Source of the DNA: an uncultured Candidatus Rokubacteria bacterium | GTDB lineage: Bacteria > Methylomirabilota > Methylomirabilia > Rokubacteriales > CSP1-6 | Length of the DNA stretch: 64,000 nt | Assembly: GCA_963771355.1 (NCBI GenBank) | Contig: CAVYTA010000007.1 | Span: 748,586 to 812,585 of the forward strand | Direction: 5' to 3' | Shown here: in pieces, positions 48,442 to 59,897 of the stretch | How the letters are laid out: every line of letters begins with the position of its first letter | Numbering within the stretch: the first letter of the stretch is position 1 | Translations under genes and position numbers: made by a program | The notes under the pieces: generated by a model | What the model was told of the DNA's origin: nothing | Databases searched by the model: none | Seen by the model: only the letters and a program-made list of their open reading frames with translations

Positions 48442-48628
48442 GCCGGGGTCATCATTTCACGAGAGGATAGGCAACATCAACGCCCTCTGGCGGCGGGCAC
48501 CCCACGCGTGGCCCCCGTCCCCGTGACCTAACCGCCCAGACTCGGACGCCAGCCGCCCCAGGAGCCGCTGTCACAGCGCACATTAGCGGCCTCCTTGCCG
48601 ATCGAGCGAGCCGACCCGGGTGAGCGAC

Positions 48629-48658
48629 ATGCTAGGCCAGACAGACGGCCGCCGTCAA
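48629..48658 (-). promoter_or_regulatory. Outward-facing promoter in the element, directed toward oriIS
   Basis: Minus strand TTGACG, 18 nt, TAGCAT; conserved at 26040-26069, 17442-17471 and inverted at 41462-41491. Confidence 0.65.
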
Positions 48659-48744
48659 TCGACCGGTGGACCGGCCGAATCAGCACGAATGCCACCTCGC
48701 GGCGCCAGCACGACGGCGTCCGCCGCGCCCCCGAGCCGATCCGA

Positions 48745-50224
48745 TCAGGACGCGGCGGCGTCGGACTCGGGAGGGGCGGGGCCGGGACTCTGCCCCGAGT
48801 GGCCGAGGGCGAGGTGCGCGAGGATCTTCCGGATGACCGCGGGATCGTGCAGCGTGGCGATCAGGCGTAGGCGGCCTACACAATGGGCACACGCCAGCAC
48901 GTCGATGCCGAACGCCCGGTGCATCAGGGCCGCCCAGCTCCAGGCGCGCGGACTGGCGGTCTTCACCCCCGTGCCGTCCGGACCTGCGGCCAGCGGCGCC
49001 GTCGAGGCCGTGGGCTCGGGCACGGGCCGTCCATAGACGACCACTCGCGCGCGCCAGCGTGCGCGCGAGGCCAACACGCCATGGCAAATCAGCAAGTTGG
49101 TTTCGGGCCGCGGCGTCATCGCCGCCAACCGCTCCAGGAACTCCAGCGGCTCGAAGACCAACTCTCGTGTCCCGTCGTGCCACGCCCTCTTGAGCTCCAG
49201 CGCGACGCGGCCGTCGCCCCGCAGCCGCAGGCGCTCCTGCGCGAAGGGCGGACGCAAGACGTATCGACACAAACGCTCCACCCCCGCCCGATCGTTCGCC
49301 GGCACCCACACGTTGGCGTGCAGGTCGAAGCCCTCCAGGTGCGCCTGCCGCGGCCCGCGCGACGGCACGGCCGCCGTGTCGCGCGCCTCGCCGAGCCGCC
49401 GCACCCGCGCCCCCGCGCGCGAGCCCAGCGCCACCCGCCCCTGAACCGAGGCCCCGACGATCCCCGCCATTATGGGGGACTCGTCCGCGAGGGGATCTGC
49501 CGGCCCCGTCGCGTCGTCGCCGGGCTCCAGGCCCCGGCGCACGAGCAGCCGTTGCACCCGCTGGCGGATCGTCGCCAGCGCTGCCGCGACCTCGGCGTCG
49601 CTCGGTGCCGGCGCCGGCTGAAACGCCAGCGCGCCCCCGGGCGCTTCGGTGAACACTCCGTCCAGCACGAGGGTGTGAAAGTGCAGGTTCACGTTCAACC
49701 CGCTGCCTGCGCGCTGCATCACGGTGACGCTGCCGGTGCGTCCACCCGGCACGCCGCACTCCCGGGCGCCGCGCGCGTACACGTCGAGCAGCACGCGTGT
49801 GTACACCCGCAGCACCGCGCGGCTCAGTCCGTGATTCCACGCCATCTGGTACCGGAGCCGATACGGCACCGTCAGGACCCACTGCCGCACCGGCACCCAC
49901 GGCAACACCGCGTCCACCAGATGCGCGGCGCGCTCCGTCATCCGCCGGCCACCGCAACTGGGGACACCACCCCCGCCCTTTACACGAAAACGGCACCAAA
50001 TGCTCGCGCGCGCAGCCCTCGCACCGAAACCGCGCCACGCCGTGTTCCAACACGCCGCACGTCAGAAACTCCCGGAACTCGCGCTCGACGAACTGCGGCA
50101 GGCCCGCGCCGTCGCCGGTCTCCGCCACCGCGCGCAGGAAGACCTCCAGGTGCTCGGCGATGACCTGGTGGAGCACGGTGTGCTCGGCGTCGCGGGGCCG
50201 GTAGACCGCTCGCTGGAGGGCCAT
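48745..50224 (-). CDS. IS91/ISCR-family HUH transposase (one frameshift near 49960)
   Basis: Zn-binding Cys cluster, [11 protein letters not shown] (HUH), [11 protein letters not shown] (single-Tyr ISCR type), C-terminal CxxC. Confidence 0.92.
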
Positions 50225-50649
50225 GGCCCCCAGGTGGGGTGACGCCGCCGACCGGGACAATGCTGAGAGAGTGATACACCGATCAGGGTGGGGATGGCGG
50301 CGGCCGAACCGCTGCCGGCGGTGCGTCTACGTTCCGGAACGGTCGGGAGGGCAGCCTCGCGCGCGCGGCGATCGCGTGGTGTGACCCGGGGAGGGCGGTG
50401 GTCTGTATGTCCATGGCGTCTGGCCGGAGCTGGATGGTCCTCCCCGCCTCAGAGCACATCGAACTCTGGGGTAGCCGAGGCAGTGCGCAGGGAACGTCGA
50501 GCGGCACATGTTCGGTGGCGTGCTGTTGTCGAGCTGGCGTGGACCGCACAGGTTCTGAGACATTTGGTGAACACGTGGTCGTGACTGAAACACGACGGAT
50601 TTAGATCGGGATCTCGAAGCAGAAGCTCAGCGACCTGTTCGCCGGCAAG

Positions 50650-50740
50650 TGGTTGCGGGCCCCGCAACCGACAAACACAAGGGGTCGGCGCTTCCGCCGA
50701 GCCCCATGTGTCGGCTAGCCGACTTGTCCCGAAACTTGTC
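50650..50740 (+). repeat. att junction 5
   Basis: TGGTTGCGGG-C-CCCGCAACCG, then ACAAACACAAGGGG hairpin and ACTTGTC twice. Confidence 0.85.
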
Positions 50741-51014
50741 TCCCTTCGCCACGATCTCCCACGGCTTTGACGGGCCCCCCACTCCTTAGGCGATAGTGGG
50801 AAGGGGGGCCTGGCGCTCGTCGATCGCGTGGTGTGACCCGGGGAGGGTCTGCGAGTCCGTGGCTCCCTCATGCGCCAAGACGCACCGGATCGTGAAAGTG
50901 AAAGTAGAGCCTTGCCCACCTAGCTCTTCACCCAGATTCGGTCCGAGGGCTCGGGCATGCATCTGGACGCGCTGCCCCTCAGGCGTGGCGCCTCGACATC
51001 GCGCGGGGTGATTC

Positions 51015-51992
51015 CTACTTCTTCGGGGGCGTCGTGTCCGCCGGCTGCCAGCTGCGATCGGGATTGAACAGCTTCATCGCTCCCGCCACCCGCGCCGTCG
51101 CCTCGCCGAGATCCTTCTGAAACACCTTGCCGTCATGGCTCACGATGAAGGTCATGACGCCGGAGTCCCCGTACTGGGCGGGATAGGCGACCAGGCCGAA
51201 TCCGCCGATCATGTGCCCGCGCGCCACGTAGTCGTACGCCCCGCCCGGAGCGTCCGGACCCTGGCCGGTGAGAATCCGGTAGAGGTAGCCGTGGTAGGGG
51301 CGCGGGCCGTCGGTGGCCTTCCCGGCATATCCCTGCGCGCGGGCCTGGGCCACCAGCTCACCGAGGGGACTGGGCGCGTCGGCAGGCTTCGTCGGCCAGT
51401 AGAGACCGTCGCGCTTGCCCGCGGTGCTGATCAACTTCTGCGCGTACTCGTAGACGCCGTTGCGGCCGACGCCGAGCCCGAAGTACTCCCGCTGCGCGTC
51501 GACGTACGCCAGGCACACCTGGATCGCGTTCAGCTCGTCGCGGCCGACGCGCCGGTTGAGAATCTCCTCGCGTCCGGCCTCGGTGTCGAAGCGCCAGCCA
51601 TCGCCATCGGGCACGAGAGGAATCGGGAGAGGGAAGTCGTCGGAGCCCACGAAGAGGAGGATCTTTCCCCCTCCCGGCTCGAGCCTGTGGGCTTCGTCGT
51701 ACTTCTCCACGAAGCGCCGCCAGACCCGGCGGTCCGAGACGTCATCGCCCGACGACACGATGTCGCGCCCCTCCGGCCCCAGCATCTTCAGCATGATGGG
51801 GCGGTCGCCGGCGCGCATCGCCTCCACGAAGGCCTTGAACGCTTCCTCCGGCGATCCGAAGAGCTTGGCCCCGCGCGCCTCCGACTCGGCGATGGGCATC
51901 GCGCCCCCGAGACCGAGCCAGGCCACGGTCGCCGTGGCCACCATGAGCCTGAAAGCCCAGCCGCGCCGTCGCCCCCGCCCTCGCGCCATCAC
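51015..51992 (-). CDS. DUF2950 family protein
   Basis: GREEILNRRVGRDEL, KRDGLYW, PYHGYLYRIL, YGDSGVMTFIV. Confidence 0.85.
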   Translation of the reverse strand: MMARGRGRRRGWAFRLMVATATVAWLGLGGAMPIAESEARGAKLFGSPEEAFKAFVEAMRAGDRPIMLKMLGPEGRDIVSSGDDVSDRRVWRRFVEKYDEAHRLEPGGGKILLFVGSDDFPLPIPLVPDGDGWRFDTEAGREEILNRRVGRDELNAIQVCLAYVDAQREYFGLGVGRNGVYEYAQKLISTAGKRDGLYWPTKPADAPSPLGELVAQARAQGYAGKATDGPRPYHGYLYRILTGQGPDAPGGAYDYVARGHMIGGFGLVAYPAQYGDSGVMTFIVSHDGKVFQKDLGEATARVAGAMKLFNPDRSWQPADTTPPKK

Positions 51993-53419
51993 CTTCTCCC
52001 TCCTCGACCGCCGCCGCCGCCACGCGATCCACCACCACCCGAGCGGGAGCCGCCGCCGCCCGAACGGGACCCGCCGCCCGAACTCGAGGCGCCCATGCTC
52101 TGCCCGCCGCCGCCGCGCGACGACGCCCCGAGGCTGGACTCGCCGCGCTGGCTGGAAGCCCGCGCGTCGCCACCGCGATCCATGCCCTGGAAAGCCCCGC
52201 CTCCGCTGCCGCCGCCGCGGTCCCCCCCGCCCTGCCGGCTGACATCAGAGGTGGACGGCCCGCCGCCGCGGTCGCCCCCGCCCGGCCGGCTGACATCAGA
52301 GGTGGACGGCCCGCCGCCGCGGCCCGTGTCGCCTCGACCCCCGCGGTCGGCGGTCTGCGCGCCCTCGGATCCGCGACCCCGGAAGTCCTCGCGCCCCTGA
52401 GAGCCCGCCGGTCCCTGCTTGTTGTACTTCTGCTGTGTCCCGGAGTCGCGGTACTGGGCGCCCTTGCGGTGCTCGGGGTTGTGCTGGAAGCTTTGCCTGT
52501 CGCCGCCTTGGACGTTGGTGCGCTGGGTTTGCCGATCACCGCGATTCACGGTCTGGTTGAAGTTGTTGTTCTTGTTGACGTCGATGTCGACGTCGCCGCC
52601 CCCCCAGTTACACCCGCCCCACATCGCGGCGCCCACCGCCATGCCCACGCCGAACGTGATGGCCGCCCCCGCGACGTAGCCCGGCGGGTAGTAGGCATAG
52701 GGCGGATACGCCGGATAGGGCCACGCCCCGTACACCACGGCCGGGTTGTACGTCGGCACGTAAACGGTCTGAGGATTGGCCTGTTCAATTATGATGGTTT
52801 GCTGGGTGGGGGCCGGCGCGGGCGCGCCCGAGGGCGCGGGGGGCGCCGGTGGCGGGGACGTCGCCGGGGCTGCGGGCTCGACCCTCACCGTCTGCTCGGG
52901 GGTGCTCTTGAGGTTCCCGGCGCTCTGCGCCTTCGCGCGCAGGCGCTGCACGGCATCCATCAGCTCCTTGCGCTGGTCGAGGAAGGAATCGCCGAGCTTC
53001 TGCGTCCAGTCCAGCTTCTCGTCCATCATGCTCAGCGCTTGCGGCACGCTGACGATGAACTTCACGCTGTCGTCCCAGTCCTGCTTCTGCAGCGCCTCGT
53101 TCAGGGCCTGGTCCTTGAGCTTCGGGTTCGCCTTCATGAAGCGCGCGGCCTGGACGACCTCCAGCGGATACGTGGACGCCATGAGGATCTGCGCCAGCAG
53201 GCTGTCGGAGTAGAGCGCGACGGGCGCCGCGATCTGCTCGAGCTCTTCGGGGGTGAACGGCTTCGGGGCGCTTTGCTGAGCCTGCCCGCTCGGCTGGGCC
53301 TGGGTGCTCGGCGGTGGAGCCTGCGAGAAGACTGGCAGGGGGCCGAGGAGCAGGACGAGGAGCCATCCCGCCAGCACCTTCGCGGCGCGGCGTTCCAGCA
53401 TATGGACCATCCAGATCAT
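51989..53419 (-). CDS. DUF3300 family protein (start approximate)
   Basis: LEQIAAPVALYSDSLLAQILMASTYP, WDDSVK, VYVPTYNPAVVYG; Gly-rich tail; usual partner of DUF2950. Confidence 0.85.
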   Translation of the reverse strand: MIWMVHMLERRAAKVLAGWLLVLLLGPLPVFSQAPPPSTQAQPSGQAQQSAPKPFTPEELEQIAAPVALYSDSLLAQILMASTYPLEVVQAARFMKANPKLKDQALNEALQKQDWDDSVKFIVSVPQALSMMDEKLDWTQKLGDSFLDQRKELMDAVQRLRAKAQSAGNLKSTPEQTVRVEPAAPATSPPPAPPAPSGAPAPAPTQQTIIIEQANPQTVYVPTYNPAVVYGAWPYPAYPPYAYYPPGYVAGAAITFGVGMAVGAAMWGGCNWGGGDVDIDVNKNNNFNQTVNRGDRQTQRTNVQGGDRQSFQHNPEHRKGAQYRDSGTQQKYNKQGPAGSQGREDFRGRGSEGAQTADRGGRGDTGRGGGPSTSDVSRPGGGDRGGGPSTSDVSRQGGGDRGGGSGGGAFQGMDRGGDARASSQRGESSLGASSRGGGGQSMGASSSGGGSRSGGGGSRSGGGGSRGGGGGRGGRR

Positions 53420-53685
53420 TTCAGGCTCCGCGCAGGGTGAATGTTGTGGGGTACATGCCGCTCGCGATGCTCTCGCACCCGGACGCCGAGGGGATATCGG
53501 ACCTTGGTCGTACTTGTGGCAACGACGGACTTCGCCCCCTCTGGGCGGGGTGCCGCTCGGGCGGGTGCGAGGGCATCGTGAAGAGACCGTATTCCATGTG
53601 ACCCGGTGACCCTCCCGTCGCGCGCGGTGCCCCGCGCGGGGCGAGCATACCACGCGCCTTGACCGTCCCTCGGACGCTCGCTAGC

Positions 53686-53865
53686 ATGGGGAGCCATAAG
53701 CCAGATCCAATCGATCAGCGCGGGGACGTTTGCCACGGCCGACATGGCTCGCGCCGTGCGCTTCTACGAGGCGGTCGGCTTCTCGTGGCCTACGGGGCCG
53801 AGACGGCGGCCTTCACGTCATTCCGCATCGGGACAGGCTTTCTGAACCTTGCGCGGACCTCATGA
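53686..53865 (+). pseudogene. VOC/glyoxalase fragment
   Basis: ISAGTFATADMARAVRFYEAVGF...FTSFRIG.GFLNL, truncated. Confidence 0.5.
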
Positions 53866-53915
53866 GACCAAGGTCCAATGGTCGGAATCTACACTCGCGC
53901 CATACCTTGGAAGCC

Positions 53916-54260
53916 ATGAAGCCATTCCGCGCGGTCGTCCTCGTGATTTGCCTGTGCAGCGTCTCGCTCGCCGGGTGCACTTACTACGGGGTGCCGGCCA
54001 CCCCCAGCGAGCCGGTCTATGACCGCGCCTGGAGCGCGGCGGTGGGTGGCGCCCAGGACGTGGGCGTTCAGGTGACCTCGGCGGACCCCGCCACCGGGAT
54101 GATTCGCGGCACCAAGGATGGGGTCGGCGTCACGGTCCTCGTCGTGCGCCAAGCCGACGGCGGCGCGCGCGTCCAGCTCGACTCCGCCGGGCCGACGCCG
54201 CGCGACCCGGACCTGCACTCCCGCTTCGTGCAAGCCTACAACCGTCGCATGGGCCGTTGA
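53916..54260 (+). CDS. Lipoprotein
   Basis: Lipobox LAGC after a hydrophobic leader. Confidence 0.65.
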   Translation: MKPFRAVVLVICLCSVSLAGCTYYGVPATPSEPVYDRAWSAAVGGAQDVGVQVTSADPATGMIRGTKDGVGVTVLVVRQADGGARVQLDSAGPTPRDPDLHSRFVQAYNRRMGR

Positions 54261-54420
54261 CGCCTCCAAACGACTTCGCCGTGGTGATCCCGCGGCGGGC
54301 GGGTGGTCGACCCCGCGCGGGGCCTCGACGCGGCGCTGGACGGCCCAAGTCCGATCCGGCGCTCCTGTTCATGTCGATCGTCGTGGTGACGGCGCGGGCG
54401 GACTCGACGCTGCTGGGCCT

Positions 54421-55509
54421 CTAGCCGGCCAGGCGCCGGGCGCGCGCGGTCCAGATGCGGCCGTCCAGCCAGTAGTGGCCGAGCAGGCCGGCGGTCAGGA
54501 AGGGCTCGAGGATGTCGAGCCCGGAACCCGTGCACAGCGCCCAGGACGCGAGGCCGATTGCCGGCCACAGCGCGAAGCGCGCGAGCTGGCGGGCTTCCCC
54601 GCCGATCCCCCGATCACCGGAGGCCTCGGCCCGGCGCGCCACGGCGTAGGTGAAGTAGAGGTACTGCGCCTCGTGGTGGATAGCGAGGACCAGGACGAAC
54701 GACGCGGTCCCGGCGCCGAGCACGTAGGCGCCCGCGAAGCCCAGCGCGTTGGCCACGACCAGCCAGCGCTCGCCGGGGTGGACGGCGACGCCCGCGTGGC
54801 CACCCGGAGGCCCGATGGACCCCTGCGGTCCGCCGGCGGGCGCCGCGATGCGCCCGACGGTCCAGCCCAGGTAGGCGACGATGCCGGCCGCCGCCACGCT
54901 CGCGAGCCAGCTCAGGACCTCGGGGGCGAGCGAGAGACCGTAAAACTCCTCGCCCTCGTGCGCTGGGGCGATGCTCGCATAGTAGGCGACGGCCGCGATC
55001 ATGGGGAGATAGAAGGCCGCCTGGAGCAACCAGCGGTGCGCCGCCGACACCGGCCCTCCCGCGTGTCGCTGATAGTGCCGCGCGATGCCCAGGTTCTGCC
55101 GACCGCGATGCCAGGCGCCCAGGCAGAGCACCGTGGTCGTCACGAGCCGCGAGCCGTCGTTCAGCACCAGGAGATAGGTGGCCGCCAGGATCGCGAGCGG
55201 GATGGCGAGCACGTCGACCGGCATCCGGCGCCACAGCCGCCGCCGGACGATGGCCTCGTAGGTGGCGCCGAGGTGAAGCTCCCCCAGGAGCACGTCGGCC
55301 GCGCTCAGCTCCCGATCGCCGCGCCAGTGGAGCACCAGCGCCAGCAGGATCAGGAGGACGCCGCTCCCCGCCGAGACGACCCAGAAGTCCGCGCGCTCCG
55401 AGAGGAGCCACGCGCCGGGCCCGCTCACGGCCTCTGGCGCCGCCGCGCCCCCCGGCCGGCGTCCGGTTACTCGCCCTCGGAACATAGGCCCTCGCGGAGC
55501 ACGGGTCAT
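54421..55509 (-). CDS. Multi-pass membrane protein
   Basis: Several TM helices with His motifs (HLGATY, HHEAQY, GHYWLDGRIW). Confidence 0.6.
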   Translation of the reverse strand: MTRAPRGPMFRGRVTGRRPGGAAAPEAVSGPGAWLLSERADFWVVSAGSGVLLILLALVLHWRGDRELSAADVLLGELHLGATYEAIVRRRLWRRMPVDVLAIPLAILAATYLLVLNDGSRLVTTTVLCLGAWHRGRQNLGIARHYQRHAGGPVSAAHRWLLQAAFYLPMIAAVAYYASIAPAHEGEEFYGLSLAPEVLSWLASVAAAGIVAYLGWTVGRIAAPAGGPQGSIGPPGGHAGVAVHPGERWLVVANALGFAGAYVLGAGTASFVLVLAIHHEAQYLYFTYAVARRAEASGDRGIGGEARQLARFALWPAIGLASWALCTGSGLDILEPFLTAGLLGHYWLDGRIWTARARRLAG

Positions 55510-55752
55510 CGTGCGCCAATCCCCGGCGCGCGGTCAAGCGACGGGAAGAGAGGGGCGCGGGTCTCGCTCGACCTGGTCCGGAGTGACGGGCATGTTCTCG
55601 CCGGTGCCGATCCACGACGACATGGCATCGCCCATCCCCTGTTTCTGGAAGCCCTGGATCAGGTCGGACAGGCCCCCGTAGCCTTCCGAGCCGGCCGGAG
55701 CCCTCGCACCCAAGTCACGCGATCTCCGTGGCGAGCCGCCATCCGAGTGTCT

Positions 55753-58209
<2,457 letters not shown>

Positions 58210-58268
58210 GTCCTGTCTTACCCGTTGCGGCGTGAAGGCCGAAGGTGCGCTCTGGTCAGCGCCGCAAA

Positions 58269-59054
58269 TCAGTGGCCGAGCGCCTTGCGCAGGTCCTCAC
58301 CCTGGGACTTCCACCACTGATGCAGGATCGTGATGTCGGTACCAACGGAGAAGTGCCGGACGCCCATGTCGAGGAAGTACTTCGCCTGATCCGCGGTGGC
58401 GATCTCGGCGCGGGGCGGCACGCCCATCTTGATGGCCGTCTCGAACACGCGGCGCTCCACCACTCGTAGCTCGGGCGAATAGCGCTCGCCGGCTCGTCCG
58501 ATGCCCATCGAGTAGTCGGAGCCGCCCCACTGCACCATGTCGACACCTTTGACGGCCAGGACGTCCTCGAGCGTGTCGACCGTGCCCGGTTTCTCGATCA
58601 TGATGGCCACGACGATGTCGCGCAGGGCCTGGACGTACTCCTTGGTGCCGCCATACCCCATGTAGGTGAACCGACGGGTGGCCACGCCGTAGGTTCCTTT
58701 GTCCTCCGGGGTCTCCGCGCGAACGATGCGTACGCACTCCTGCACGTCGGCGGCGGAGCGACAGTCGGCGAAGAGGATGCTGTGGAAGCCGGACCCGATC
58801 GCTCGTGATGCGAGAAAGCCCCGCGGCTCCTGGTCGACCTTGAGCTGCATCGACATGTTGTAGAGGTCCCCGGCTCGAGCGAGGTTGTCGAGGTCGTGCA
58901 GGTCGAAGGGGCCGTACTCGCCGACGAATTCGACGTAGTCGTAGAGGCCGGTGTGCCCGATGGCTTCGACGACGGACGGCCACGTGGTGTGGATGTGGGT
59001 GGAGAGCGTGGGCTTATTGGCTTTGAGGAGGTCGCGCAGCTTGTTGGGTCTCAT
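58269..59054 (-). CDS. HpcH/HpaI aldolase family protein
   Basis: YDYVEFVGEY, VAIMIEK, GVDMVQWGGSDYS. Confidence 0.8.
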   Translation of the reverse strand: MRPNKLRDLLKANKPTLSTHIHTTWPSVVEAIGHTGLYDYVEFVGEYGPFDLHDLDNLARAGDLYNMSMQLKVDQEPRGFLASRAIGSGFHSILFADCRSAADVQECVRIVRAETPEDKGTYGVATRRFTYMGYGGTKEYVQALRDIVVAIMIEKPGTVDTLEDVLAVKGVDMVQWGGSDYSMGIGRAGERYSPELRVVERRVFETAIKMGVPPRAEIATADQAKYFLDMGVRHFSVGTDITILHQWWKSQGEDLRKALGH

Positions 59055-59064
59055 GTCGTCTCTC

Positions 59065-59883
59065 CTATCGTTTCCATCCCAGCCAGTCACAGACGGCCCG
59101 GCCCATGACCAGCTCGAGGTCGCGGCCCTTCAGCCAGGGCAGCTCTTCCGTGAACAGCGTCACGCACTGACGCCACGGGCAGGGCATGCGCGTGATGTCG
59201 GTGCCCCAGAACCAGCGCGCGGGGCCGAAGGCGTCGTAGAGCCGCCGCAGGTTGTCGTGGATGTCGCGAAACGGATAGGGCTGATCGGAGTAGCTCGGCG
59301 CGCCGGTCGCCTTCATCGCGACGTTGGGGTATTTCGCGAGCGCGACCACCTCCCCGAGATTCGCCCACCGCTCGCTCGGGGGCGCGTCCCCCCTCGGGCG
59401 ACCGAGGTGATCGAGGATCAGCTTGAGGTTCGGATGCCGCTGGGCGATCTCGGCGACCTTCGGCAGGAAGTTCGCCGCCATCATCGCGATGGGCAGGCCG
59501 GCCCGCTCCGCGGCCGGCCACAGCCAGTCGACGGTGCCGTCCGTCGGCCACTTGCTCTGCTCCGGCCCGATGAAGGTGAAGCGGCAGCCGAGCATTCCCG
59601 GGCGCTGCTTCCACGTGTCGACCAGCGCGCGGCTCTCGGGCTTGTCGAGGGGGAAGTTGCCGAGGATCGCGAACCGGTCGGGATGGGCGCGCACGGCCTC
59701 CATGCAGAGCTCGTTCGCGTTCGGATCCCACGGCGTGTGCGGCGTGAGGATGGCGGCATCGACACCGCCGGCGTCCATCTCCTTCAGGGCATCTTCTTTG
59801 AGATAGGCGGGGATCTGCCGGTGCCACGGGCTGGTGGGGTTGCCCGCATTCCAGAGATGAATCTGCGCGTCGACGATCAACAT
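59065..59883 (-). CDS. Amidohydrolase_2 family protein
   Basis: IVDAQIHLW, LILDHLG, PNVAMK, FGPARWFWGTD. Confidence 0.85.
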   Translation of the reverse strand: MLIVDAQIHLWNAGNPTSPWHRQIPAYLKEDALKEMDAGGVDAAILTPHTPWDPNANELCMEAVRAHPDRFAILGNFPLDKPESRALVDTWKQRPGMLGCRFTFIGPEQSKWPTDGTVDWLWPAAERAGLPIAMMAANFLPKVAEIAQRHPNLKLILDHLGRPRGDAPPSERWANLGEVVALAKYPNVAMKATGAPSYSDQPYPFRDIHDNLRRLYDAFGPARWFWGTDITRMPCPWRQCVTLFTEELPWLKGRDLELVMGRAVCDWLGWKR

Positions 59884-59897
59884 GGTCAACTCCTTGG

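Larger units (their letters stand above)
48464..50649 (-). mobile_element. IS91/ISCR-like element, copy 2
   Basis: Colinear with 25876-27968; oriIS end R0 at 48464-48577; upstream end abuts the att palindrome. Confidence 0.88.

Noticed and set aside
35483..48577. CRISPR array or classical integron
   Set aside because: Repeats are ~114 bp with kb-sized spacers; no cas or intI gene; no attC-type RYYYAAC/GTTRRRY ends; the repeats match the IS end.
52215..52325. ~45-bp tandem repeat in the DUF3300 gene
   Set aside because: Ordinary coding repeat (GGGPSTSDVSR twice) in a low-complexity tail.
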